NCBI GenBank assembly: GCA_964646395.1
Contig: CAZYEM010000002.1
Coordinates: forward strand, 1 to 45,725
Length of the DNA: 45,725 nt
Direction of reading: 5' to 3'
Origin: an uncultured Bacteroides sp.
GTDB taxonomy: Bacteria > Bacteroidota > Bacteroidia > Bacteroidales > JACABE01
The notes under the pieces are model-generated. The model did no database searches, was not told the DNA's origin, and saw only the letters and a program-made list of their open reading frames with translations. Of the stretch, positions 23,701 to 32,100 are shown one piece after another (within the stretch, counting starts at the first letter, position 1; each line of letters begins with the position of its first letter). A program made the translations under genes and the position numbers.

Positions 23701-26068
23701 GATAAGTTTAAGTGTAATTTTTTCGAATGCTTCCTATTCTGGCAAAGTTAAAGCCTATATCGATTATAATCATAATGGAAACTGGGATTTACCCGAAGAA
23801 CTTGTATTTACAGGTTCTTTTTATGGAAATGGTAATTCAACCTTAACGGGTTATGTTGGTATTCCTTTCACAGCTATACCCGGTTTTTCAAGAATGAGGA
23901 TCGTAGTTGATAATGATAATAATGCATTACCATGCAATTCCTATTCTTATGGAGAAACTGAGGACTATACCGTTAATATTATTCCACCTATTCCACAGGA
24001 TGGCGGTATTTGTGAGATGAACGGAATGGATTTATTAATACCATATTATGCATCAACTTCACAGATGCCTCAATTTTTTATTAGAAACTATGGAAATGAT
24101 ACATTAACAGCTGCTACAGTTAATTATTCAGTAAATAATAATCCTGTAATTACACAAAACTGGTCAGGTTCTTTGCCATCATTAGCGGTAGATTCTATGT
24201 TTCAGAATATTACTTTAAATAATGGAATGAATAATATTAAAGCATTTACTTCAGGAATTCCTGGAGATATTAATCAAATAAATGATACTATAAGTATAAA
24301 AGTATTTAAGGAATATCTTACAATTCCTCCATACTCAGATAATTTTGAAACAAATAAATATTGGTATGCTTCTGATAATTTAAATGGGGTTGCTATTAAT
24401 AATTTGTGGGAACAAGGTATTCCAAATTCAGCATTTTCTTCGCTTAATGCAGTTCATAGTCCTGTTAATGCTTGGGTTACTAAATTAAGTGGTAATTATT
24501 TATCAAATAATAACAGTTATTTGTATACACCGGTAATTGATATTTCTGTTTTACAACCGGATACTTTAAAATTCTGGCAATGGAGGCAATTTGGCACGGG
24601 TATTAATGGTGCAAATGGACAAATAGAATATAAAAATGTAAATGGAGTTTGGCTTACATTAGGTGTTCAGAATGATACGAATGCTTCAAACTGGTATAAT
24701 GATATTTCAAATAAATGGGTAGGTTCAGATACTATATGGAAACTTTCAAAATTCAATATTAAAAGTTTAAATAATTTAGGAAATACTATTCAATTCAGAT
24801 TTTTATTTGCTTCGGGGAATAGTAGTATTACCCAGAAAGGCTGGGCAATAGATGATTTTGAATTAACGTTGGCTCCAATTCCAACTGATGCTGGTGTAAT
24901 TGCAATAAATTCACCGGTTTCAAACTCTTTGATCGGTGATACTGTTACGGTTACTGTAACTGTTAAAAACTTCGGAACAACTACTTTAAATAGTATTCCT
25001 GTTAAATATCAGGTGGCTAATGGTAGCGTTGTTACAGCAACTATTAATACTTCCATTTTATCGGGTGCAACTACTAACTATTCATTTTTACAAACATTTA
25101 AAGCTGGGATTCAGGATTATACGATTCGTGCTTATACTTCAGTTGTTGGAGATATATATACTCAAAATGATACTGCTATTAATTTTATCAGTATTAATCC
25201 AGCCTTAAATGATGTTGGGATAACAGATATATCAGAGCCGGGAGCTTATGTAAATTCAGGCCAGATATATTATCCCAAAGTTGTTATAAAGAATTTCGGA
25301 ACTACTCCGCTTACATCTGTACCTCTTTCATATCAGAGAGGCACACAAGTTCCGGTAACCGGCATCTGGACAGGAATATTACCTTTAAATTATGGTGATA
25401 CTGCACATTATACATTTAGTACTTTTATGACAGCACCAGTTGGGACTTCATTTTTATTGTCAGCATTTACTACATTAGCTAATGATGCATATCTGTTAAA
25501 TAATAAAAATACTAAAACAATTTCTATTTGCAACATTCCACCACCAACTGCTATAATTGGTTCCACAAATCCAATTCCCGGACAAACAGGAATTTCTTAT
25601 TCTGTTGATAGTGTACCAAATGCAACTATTTACACATGGTCATATTCAGGAACTGGAGTTACTATAAATGGAAATGGAAGCAGAATGGTAACATTGGATT
25701 TTGCAAATAATGCAACTTATGGTCAATTATCTGTAATTGCGTCAAATGCCAATTGTACAAGTATTCCAACTGTCTTGATTTTTGTTGGAATTAGTGAATT
25801 GAATGGAAGTAATTTCTGGCTTGGACAAAATATGCCAAATCCAACTACAGGCAAAACAAGTATAGCATATTGTGTGCCAGAAATATCCGAAATAAGCTTT
25901 GATATTGTAAATCTATATGGGCAAAATATATACTCAAGAAAGGAGAAAGTTGAAGTTGGGACACACATCATTGAACTCAATTTAAATGACTTGACAGCTG
26001 GTATTTACTATTATTCTATCCTATATAAAGAGAATCGTATTACAAAGAAAATGCTTATAAATAAATAA
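14720..26068 (+). CDS. Giant T9SS-secreted mosaic surface protein, paralog 2 (3782 aa from ATG 14720)
   Basis: The ORF is open from TTG 14666, but ATG 14720 starts a canonical signal peptide MKRIIVFIVTITFGLFVSG|Q that matches the paralogs. It is collinear with paralog 1, roughly two-thirds identical by eye. It ends in the T9SS domain FWLGQNMPNPTTG...AGIYYYSILY...KKMLINK. Confidence 0.93.
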   Translation: MKRIIVFIVTITFGLFVSGQTIVFHENFELPSGGDSLLSSADEAGNPTTNFIPWSLSSKLFKSGIKSDSNRVQNGKTIYLTTNSFSTIGNNYVILEFAQICKLYITDGAQIEVSTNGGINWITLGTAQYKGNGVMALNKFSENSYGNNWSPGDTLIKPNNTWWRNEKFDISSLVANQSNVKIRFKFSGSGNISGAGRYGWLLDDIKVTMNPTELDLPLISMISYPTDTAYYGGPYTVSAYVSDFSGIDTVFISYKVGNGAFNHLGMIRSAVIDSLYTAGIPFVGYGKKIFYTITAKDSSASHNMMTNPISGYLSFFTKYSSGGNVIVGSGSTNQNYPFKSNADNTKSASLYLFSNINKYGLINQLQWNVSSAQASLNLPLKIYIKQTTSSLMTADTWENLISGAVMVYNGNQIFNSSGWKTINLSTPFNYNSGNLMVLCETNYGGTGAPASPSFYYSTVTNGLHQFFASYITTTGTINAQRPNITVGFVSFPLPTQDAGISQITSPVGGVNAGIAFNVTAKIKNYGSSALTKANVIYTIDGNAAVSSIWTGNLLKDSTYSYTVGNLNLPVGFHVLKIWTEMPNDSLDQNNLNDTLFYSFYACSGPLNGTYTIGGSGADFPSFTDAYTGLSQCGVNGPVVFNVTAGAYSDQLTISEIAGASAINTITFQSATNDSTTVILNRISQSTSNWIVKLNGADFITFKNIKFAPSDSLYSVAVIFANGATNNKLIGNIFQGYSGAAASQSLVNIEGGTNPNTRNTIQKNLFTKGSTAISLKGLALIKLKNTIIKNNVINNSFVYGIYNQYVDSTIIDSNTVNSSFVSSGNKYGIYLQYANILNAITKNTINLIGGVNMYGILVESSISNDTAKGLIANNFISLLNGNGITYGIRFNSVTKYKVFANSVVVTGSNETETRGVNIASSSFGIELKNNNIYSNKLAVYLDGLSVTSSDYNNYFSNGNNLAFWNTNFYTDINTLIAASFKDSSSISVNPNSISLSDLHTFNGLLKGKGVYLSDILSDIDGETRTNPPCIGADEFTPPLYDAALIAVLKPNGSCGLSSAEDVKVVIKSVGSNTIMPNTITAHYKLDNTSIVSELIDRSINSNDTIHYVFNTKANLSGSPSLNDTSYTLKVWTDLTTDYAHANDSSSTLTVNSLYKPIAPNVNNATTLYGTSVILNASSNSPIFWYDAISSSNILNIGSLFATPNLLATDTFYVESNTNSLSYPIIGTGLSNQAPPFYTGWGYTTSASVYLDTEVGGYGVISQLGWNVITPSATNIPVKIYLKQISQASLIPETWANLISGASLVYDGTQIFDIPGWKTINLVNTFKYTTGNLLVLCEANYGGSGNISPYFAYTTASAGSHHTTNANNTPATGIGVTSYSRPDIKIKISNEGCASARVPVIANVTVPAYEAGICNISTPSGCALYQVPIKVKIFNHGSNPLNSSNTTVSYKLDNGTFTIPEVLNLTILPFDTLEYTFNTPANFAAPINDRIIKVTAKVYTPADVLHSNDTLVKDSIFSLKTPPIPISNNVTITNGNSATLSVSNANGNINWYDEQIGGNIIGQGTPFTTPFLLYTTDTFYVEANNNYPVSKIIGTGTLINTYQTNPTPYANYNSGSKEQYLILASELQAMGLQAGELTSVAFDVVSPSLATTYGVPATGSHMLNLNISIGFTATSSLTAFITGLTPVYFTPHYIDVIGWNNHNFSTPVFWDGLSNIVIQTCFDNNIVGSDWSDGSAIVNQTSTPYISTLSYHSNYGGVCTTGGNPASYSKRPNIKITSIKNGCTSSPRKAVIVNVSLPPQNDAGITALINPSSSVPSGISTTVRVKIKNYGLANLTSATIAWTLNNITKPAYHFTGNLSTGHDTVITIANEIFNGGLYCIKAWTKNPNSVAIDSIASNDTLANTCFTACMNGTYTIGDTSGGIYHDFPTFNAAVNALKIGGVCGSVTFLADIGTYNEQLRIPEIAGASVFNTITFRSASNDSTKVKMQFSPNNINNNYILLLDSADFIRFEKITLKTLGSVYGNVVVLNNGACNNLIANNIIEMPVNDGIYSHTGINDNPAPNYYNKYLNNRILNGDRGIYTNGSNISNLKKGTEIFGNKIYNFYSHGIYSWYQDSVKIIGNEVSSNSANNNIYGLNIAYNYNASQILKNKIIITTSKSQYGLYLYNCIGTPTSRGLIANNMIALTGGTATTTNYGLYSAYSTYQNFYYNSLNTVSPSIANSHALYVAGGGSDLKFLNNNIVNTGGGYAYYIQNTAAIVLSNYNNIFTTGGVLGYWNGAAGNLAALQSVSVNDFNSVSLNPLFSSPTDLHLLSTSLSNLGTPVAGITDDIDGSTRDLMHPTIGADEVTLLQNDAGVTFIYSPAIVELEAASIPVKVIVKNFGTSPITSMTVSYVLNNNPPVNLVYNGSIPFNGTDTVTFPLNMTVVAGNNNICAYTNLTGDTYTFNNQSCKNIVGTPLFDAQLASITPIQGGCGLSNDTVKVLIVNQGIMAINGGLSASYKKIGSTAVVTETINATIPVGGSYLYSFSSKVDLVVTTNDSLYAIRAWVNLNNDNIHNNDTNSITVKSLHTPQNPVTSNLSIPYATSATLNATSATNDPLKWFDVAISGTPLFTGNSYNTPVLFASDTFFVEANSNAVFQASIGNSANIQAYPFSTNWGFTRSASIYKASEIGGYGIINELQWNVTNAVASNVPVKIYLLQTSQSIMNVNSWANLINNASLVYDGSYQFSINGWNSISLTSAFDYTSDNLLVLCEVNSGGTGSNPSPLFYYSSTTLGSHQYFTSDNLPPAGNGYLSYNRPNIKIVGNIAGCVSQRVAAVVNVGAQPALDAGVTSIVTPVTGINLTNHDTVKIIIRNYGSSPISNIPVKYKSGANAEVSEIITASIASGNTLEYSFNQTVDLSSNIQPQVFSVKAWTDLAGDATHQNDTIKKIIINNPFIYCTSYAINSGDEDLGQVIFAGINHGNALPVLNNPSANQSYNDYTSLTPAIVQPGISYPISLSVIFSNASYSGKVKAYIDYNHNGNWDLPEELVFTGSFYGNGNSTLTGYVGIPFTAIPGFSRMRIVVDNDNNALPCNSYSYGETEDYTVNIIPPIPQDGGICEMNGMDLLIPYYASTSQMPQFFIRNYGNDTLTAATVNYSVNNNPVITQNWSGSLPSLAVDSMFQNITLNNGMNNIKAFTSGIPGDINQINDTISIKVFKEYLTIPPYSDNFETNKYWYASDNLNGVAINNLWEQGIPNSAFSSLNAVHSPVNAWVTKLSGNYLSNNNSYLYTPVIDISVLQPDTLKFWQWRQFGTGINGANGQIEYKNVNGVWLTLGVQNDTNASNWYNDISNKWVGSDTIWKLSKFNIKSLNNLGNTIQFRFLFASGNSSITQKGWAIDDFELTLAPIPTDAGVIAINSPVSNSLIGDTVTVTVTVKNFGTTTLNSIPVKYQVANGSVVTATINTSILSGATTNYSFLQTFKAGIQDYTIRAYTSVVGDIYTQNDTAINFISINPALNDVGITDISEPGAYVNSGQIYYPKVVIKNFGTTPLTSVPLSYQRGTQVPVTGIWTGILPLNYGDTAHYTFSTFMTAPVGTSFLLSAFTTLANDAYLLNNKNTKTISICNIPPPTAIIGSTNPIPGQTGISYSVDSVPNATIYTWSYSGTGVTINGNGSRMVTLDFANNATYGQLSVIASNANCTSIPTVLIFVGISELNGSNFWLGQNMPNPTTGKTSIAYCVPEISEISFDIVNLYGQNIYSRKEKVEVGTHIIELNLNDLTAGIYYYSILYKENRITKKMLINK
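14777..15340 (+). other. N-terminal MAM / choice-of-anchor-J-like domain (paralog 2)
   Basis: FHENFELPS ... GRYGWLLDDIKV, homologous to 3786-4340. Confidence 0.55.
15689..16186 (+). repeat. Unassigned module X, subtype 1 (paralog 2, copy a)
   Basis: NVIVGSGSTNQNYPFKS...KSASLYLFS...GLINQLQWNVS...LPLKIYIKQT...GWKTINL...SGNLMVLCETNYGGTG...GLHQFFAS...AQRPNITVGFV. Confidence 0.6.
16541..17821 (+). repeat. Beta-helix super-module 2A
   Basis: Opens GTYTIGGSGADFPSFTDA...CGVNGPVVFNVTAGAYSDQ...NTITFQS. Closes DIDGETRTNPPCIGADEF. Confidence 0.7.
18386..18877 (+). repeat. Unassigned module X, subtype 1 (paralog 2, copy b), at the position of the discoidin-like domain of paralog 1
   Basis: IIGTGLSNQAPPFYTGWGYTTSASVYLDTEVGGYGVISQLGWNV...IPVKIYLKQIS...GWKTINL...TGNLLVLCEANYGGSG...GSHHTTNA...YSRPDIKIKI. 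Confidence 0.6.
19487..20044 (+). repeat. Unassigned module X, subtype 2 (paralog 2)
   Basis: IIGTGTLINTYQTNPTPYANYNSGSKEQYLILASELQAMGLQAGELTSVAFDV...GWNNHNFSTPVFWDGLSNIVIQTCFDN...SKRPNIKIT. Confidence 0.6.
20447..21754 (+). repeat. Beta-helix super-module 2B
   Basis: Opens GTYTIGDTSGGIYHDFPTFNAAVNALKIGGVCGSVTFLADIGTYNEQ...NTITFRS. Closes DIDGSTRDLMHPTIGADEV. Confidence 0.7.
22631..23128 (+). repeat. Unassigned module X, subtype 1 (paralog 2, copy c)
   Basis: ASIGNSANIQAYPFSTNWGFTRSASIYKASEIGGYGIINELQWNV...VPVKIYLLQTS...GWNSISL...SDNLLVLCEVNSGGTG...GSHQYFTS...YNRPNIKIVG. Confidence 0.6.
23525..23980 (+). other. GEVED domain (paralog 2)
   Basis: IYCTSYAINSGDEDLGQVIFAG...YIDYNHNGNWD...SRMRIVVD...CNSYSYGETEDYTVNI. 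Confidence 0.6.
24326..24877 (+). other. Second, C-proximal MAM-like domain (paralog 2)
   Basis: PPYSDNFETNKYWY...LKFWQWRQF...IQFRFLFASG...QKGWAIDDFELTLAP. Confidence 0.55.
25529..25789 (+). other. PKD/Ig-like module inserted just before the sorting domain (paralog 2)
   Basis: CNIPPPTAIIGSTNPIPGQTGISYSVDSVPNATIYTWSYSGTGVTINGNGSRMVTLDF...GQLSVIASNANCTS. The paralog 3 counterpart is at 37608-37925. Paralog 1 has none. Confidence 0.45.
25811..26065 (+). other. Type-A T9SS C-terminal sorting domain (paralog 2)
   Basis: NFWLGQNMPNPTTGKTSIAYCVPEISEISFDIVNLYGQNIY...LTAGIYYYSILYKENRITKKMLINK. Confidence 0.85.
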
Positions 26069-26117
26069 TATTAGAAATTGAAATCAAATAATAAATTTAA
26101 ATAATAAACACACCATT

Positions 26118-29100
26118 ATGAAAAGAATATTTTTACTTTTACTTGTTGTTTTGTTGACTTTATATTTGCCAGCACAAACGATAATTGCTTTTCACGAGGA
26201 TTTTGAACTTCCATCATTAGATGATAGTCTTTCAAGTTCATCAATCCCTGCAGGTGGAAATCCCTGGGCAATTTCTACAAAATTAAAAAGCTCAGGTCTT
26301 AGGTCTGATTCCTCCAGAGTGCAGGATTCAAAAACAACTTATTTAACCACTATTTCATTTAGTACAATAGGATACAACAATGTGTCTTTAAAATTTGCAC
26401 AAATTTGTAAATTATTAGTTCAGGATGGTGGCTTTATACAATATTCAATAGATGGAGGAACTAATTGGCAGATAGTTACAAATTCGTATTATCGTGGAAA
26501 TGGAGTGTTTACATTACTTAATAAATTTAGCGAAAATTGTTACGGTACACTTTGGAAACCTGGAGATACTCTAACATTACCAACTAATAGCTGGTGGACT
26601 TATGAGATATTTAATATGTCATCTTTAATTTCAAATCAGGCTAATGTTAAACTAAGATTCTGTATTTCAGATGGAGGTACGATAGGAGGAGAAGGCAGAT
26701 ATGGTTGGTTGTTAGATGATATTAAAGTTGTAGCTTCAGTAAATGAAATTGATGATCCTAAAATAACTTTCAAAACACCTATCATTAAGGATAGTGTTAC
26801 CAATACCGGTCCATTTTTGATTAAAGCATTTATTTCGGATGCTTCAGCTATTACTTCAGCTAATCTGGTTTATAATGTGAATGGCGGAAGTGATAATATT
26901 ATAGCAATGACAAACATTTCTGACAGTTCTTATATAGGAGAAATACCTTCGTATACCTATAATACGACAATTTCCTATAAAATTATTGCTACAGACCAAT
27001 ATGCAAATCAGAATATTTCAAATTCGTATAGTTTCATAATTAAGAAAATTCCACTTATTGTTGAAATAGGAACAGGACTTTTAACCTCCTCGTATGCACC
27101 AATTTCAGTAATTTCATCTACTTCTAGCAATTTATATTCTTATAATGCATCTGTGTATAAAGCTTCTGAAATTAATGCAACTGGGTATATAAAATCAATA
27201 GCCTGGAATAAAGCAACTACTGGAAATTATAATTTAGGGAATGCCAGTTTTAAGATATATCTTAAAGAAGTCCCTGCAAATACTAATGTATCCACTACTT
27301 ACGCAGCTTATAATACAGATATTACCGGTGCTACTCTTGTTTACTCAAAGCTTACACAGAGTATAACAGGAAATACCGGATGGGATACCTATAATTTTAA
27401 TGTAGATTCCTTTGCTTATAGCGGACAAAATGATTTAATGGTTTTTGTTGAATTTTACAGACCTGGAAATGCCAATGCGGCAATTAAATATTACTATTCT
27501 CCAAGTACTGATAAGGCTTATACTTTTACAGGACCTATAGTTCCTCCTGCATTAAGTTTTGCCAATTATCGGCCAGATATCAGGTTAGCAATAATAACTC
27601 CCGTATTTCTTAATGATGCAGGGGTAAGCTTAATTACCAGTCCTACGGGTATTCTATTTACAACTATACCAATACCTGTAAAAGTAAAAGTGAAAAATTA
27701 CGGATCATCAATTTTAAGCAAAACTAATGTTCATTGGTCATTGGATAGCATATATCAGGGATCTGTAACTTGGACAGGAAATATGATGGAGGGTTTGGTT
27801 TCCAGTGAAATACTATTGGGAAATATTACAATTTCAAATGGTAATCATGTTGTTAAAGCATGGACTGATTTGCCAAATGACAGTATTGATAATAATAATA
27901 TGAACGATACCGTTAACGGGTCTTTCTACAGATGTCCTCAGATATTAAGCGGTACTTATACTGTAGGTAATTCAGCTTCAGATTATAACACATTAAATGA
28001 TGCATTAACAGCTTTATTGAATTGTGGTATAAACGGACCAGTAGTGTTCAAAATAAAACCGGGTATATATCAACAATTTACGATACCAATAATTCCTGGA
28101 ACTTCTGCTGTAAATACCATTACTTTCGAATCGGAATCAGGAAACAATAATGATGTAAAAATAATTTATGCTGCAAGTAATGCAACTGACAACTGGGTTA
28201 TAAGAATTGATGGAGCTGAATATATTAAAATAAAAAATATAAGTGTTCAGGCTCAGGGTACTACTTATGGAAATGGAATTGAATTAATGAATGCTGCAAG
28301 TCATAATACCATAGAAGGCTGTAAAATTATTGTACCATCAATAAATACATCTAATTGCTCCGGAATTACAACATATAGTATTACTACTAAGGAACAGTAT
28401 AACACTTACAAAAATAATGTGATACTGAATGGCTTTTATGGTATTAATAATTATGGACCAGGTTCAGGTGAGAAAGGAAATATTATAGAAGGAAATACCA
28501 TTAATGGCTTTTATTATGCAGGTATTTATTCTTATTACCAGGATTCGGTAACAATTAATTCTAATATTGTAGAAAATGGTACAAATGCTATTGGACCTAC
28601 TGGGATATCAGTCAATTCTCACAGTAATTTGTTAAGCATCAGCAATAATAAAGTGTATGTTTATAGTATTGGTAATAGCGGAAATGCTGGAATTACTATG
28701 TCTAATTGTACTAATCATGGATCCCAGCCGGGTATTATCTCTAATAATTTTGTTTCACAATCGGCTATATCTGGAAGTGTTTATGGAATTATGAGCAGTT
28801 ATGGAATTTATCAGAATTTTTACTATAATTCTGTTAATATTACGTCAGGTAATCCTTCAACATCTTATAACTTTTATACAAACGGTGGTTCAAATGTGAA
28901 TTTACTTAATAATAATTTATGCAATACAGGGGGTGGTTATGCTTATTATGTTAATAACATGAATCCGCCACCTTTTGTGAACACTGATTATAATAATTTA
29001 TATACTACAGGAACTAATTTAGCTTATTGGAATACAAATATTACCAATTTATCAGCATTGCAACTTGCAAGTAATTTTGAAGCACACTCTATCACAGCAA

Positions 29101-32100
29101 ACCCGGGATTTATATCATTAACTGATTTGCATTCAAATAGCATTATGCTAAACAATGCAGCTACTCCGGTTTCAGGTGTTTTATATGATATTGATGGAGA
29201 GTTACGTAATTCATCTACACCTGATATTGGTGCAGATGAGTTTCAGATTTTTGCTGATGATGCAGGTATAATCAGTTTAGAAAGCCCTGTTGTTAATTGT
29301 TCCGGAAATGCTATTGATGTTATTGTAAAATTAAAAAATTTTGGTGCAAATATATTGACTTCAGTTAGTATTAACTGGACATTAAATGGAGTTAATCAGC
29401 CTATAGTTAATTATACCGGGAATTTACCTAATTTGAGTTCAACCAATGTTTTATTATCAAACTATACTTTTGTACAAGGAATAAACTATATTATTAAAGT
29501 ATGGGTAAGCAATCCAAATGGACAGATAGATAATAATTTTGTAAACGATACTTTGTTAATTAATTATATAACTGCTTTAAATGGTTCATATACGATTGGA
29601 GCTACAGCAGCAGACTATGCAAGTATTAATCTTGCAGTTGCTGATTTAATTCTAAAAGGGGTATGTGGTCCAACTGTTTTTAATATTTTGCCAGGGACAT
29701 ACAATGAAAATGTATCAATTCCTCAGATTCTTGGTAGCTCTGCAACTAATACCATTACTTTTCAGTCATCCAATGGGGATAGCACTTCTGTTAAACTTAT
29801 TTATTCTTCTGCAGGAGCTAATGATAATTTTGTATTCAAGCTAAACGGTGCTGATAATATAATCATTAAGAACCTAACATTGCAAAACAACGGAGGAGCC
29901 TTTTCCAAAGTTGTTGAATTGGCATTCTCTGCGAATAATATCAGAATTTTAAATAATATTATTAATAGCAGTGTAAGTACAACTAATACTGCTGCTGGTA
30001 TTTATAATGCATCAGGGCTTGATAATTATAATATCTACAGAAATAATATCATTTCAAATGGTTATTATGGAATATATGTTTATGGTGCTTCTGCAACTTC
30101 ATTGGAAAAAGGAACTATCATTGATGGAAATACCATTATCGGCAGCTCTTCGTTTGGAATTTATTCCACTTTTCAGGATTCTGTATCTATTACTTCAAAT
30201 ACTGTTGAACCTGGTTCAAGTACTATAATGATTTATGGTATTTTTAATAGTTATTCTAAAAATACACTTAAAATCAGTAATAATAAAGTAAATATTCATA
30301 ATCCGGGTACAGGTATAAACTATGGAATTTCTGTTAATTATTGTGATAATACCGCAACACAACCGGGTATAATCGCAAACAATTTTGTTTCTCAATCGGG
30401 TACTAGCGTTCCTATTTCCGGATTATATTGTGAAAATTCAACTTTCCAGAATTATTATCACAATTCTGTAAATATAACATCAGGTGCTTCCGGCAATAGT
30501 TATTCTTTTCGTGTAAAAAATGGTTCAACTATTAAATTAAAAAATAATATTTTAAGCAATACCGGAAGTGGATATGCTTATTATATTGAGACCATATCAG
30601 CTATTGTTAACTCCGATTACAATAATCTTTATGCAACCGGAAGTAATTTAGCTTACTGGGGAGGAACATCTGCCGCAAATCTTACAGCCTTGCAAGCATT
30701 AAGCAATAAAGATAGCAACTCCATGTCTATAGATGCCTGGTTTATAAATAATACAGATCTTCATGCTGAAAATCCTTTATTATATCATAAAGGGACTCCA
30801 ATTGCTGAGATTAGTGACGATATCGACGGAGATACCAGAAATATAATGACCCCATGTATTGGAGCAGATGAATTTTTATCATTTCCCAATGATGCGAAGG
30901 TAAAAGCATTTTATACTTTGGGAAAATTACCCAAAATAGCTGGAAGTCCTCATTTTGTTAAATCAGTAATTTTTAACAGAGGTTTAAATACCTTATACAA
31001 TTTAAGTGTCAATTTAAGTATTTCAGGAAGTAATACTTTTACTAATACATATAATATTGACTCAATACATCCGGGAGCTTACGATACTATTAGTTTTTCA
31101 GGTTTTTCTCCTCCAAATTTTGGCGTAAATAATGTTAAAGTAAGTGTTCCTGCTGATGATTTATTGACAAATAACGAAATGAATTTTATGCAAACCGTTA
31201 CCGATACGGTATTTTCTTATGCGGATACTTCGACGAGCTATTCTAAAATAGGATTCGGAACAGCTTCAGGTATGATGCTTGCAAAATTTTATGTAAATGG
31301 CAATAAAACCATTCCTTCGATAAATGTTTATATTGTTGATTCTAATTCAATTGGGAGGCAAGTGTATGCAGTTATTCTTAAAAACGGTGTTGTTGCTGAT
31401 ACTTCTGTAATCATAACAATTACTGCCAATGACATCAATACATGGAAAAGGTTTGAATTTGTTAACCCTGCTGCTACAACTACCAGCAATAATTATTTTT
31501 ATGCAGGAATTGCACAGATCAGTACTCTTTATTCAGCTTTTTATCCATTGGGGATTCAGAAAGAATTTCCTGTAAGAAAAAATGCTTACTATACAGCTGC
31601 ATTAAACGGTAGTAATCTAACCCAAACTACAGATATGGGACGATTTATGATCAATGCTAATCTTGGAAATCCTACCAATAAAGATGCATCAGTAATTGGT
31701 ATTTTATCTCCTAATTCTGGTTGTGGTTTATCCAGCGAATTGGTTAAAATTGTTGTTCAAAATAAAGGAACAGATACTATATATGGTGGACAAAATGTTT
31801 TGATTGCAAAATACGGACTGAATTTAAATGGAATCCTTATTAATGTGCATTCTCAACAAATAACAGATACTATTTATCCGGCTGCTATTAAAAACATTAG
31901 CTTTAACGTACCCTTAAATGTAATTGCTCCATTTGCAGATTCAGCCTATCAATTAGTTGCTTGGGTAGAACTGGCAAATGATCCATTTACAAATAATGAT
32001 ACAATTTATCACAGTTTCGTGGCAAAATTTACACCTTTAGCACCATTATCAAATGCAGTTACTATTCCTTATGGCACAACTGCTAATTTAACTGCAATTT

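Noticed and set aside
3729-26068. Recent gene conversion, or an assembly duplication artefact, between giants 1 and 2.
   Set aside because: The nucleotide sequences differ throughout by scattered substitutions that mostly leave the encoded residues unchanged. The longest exact run I noticed is 28 nt, which points to old, divergent paralogs.
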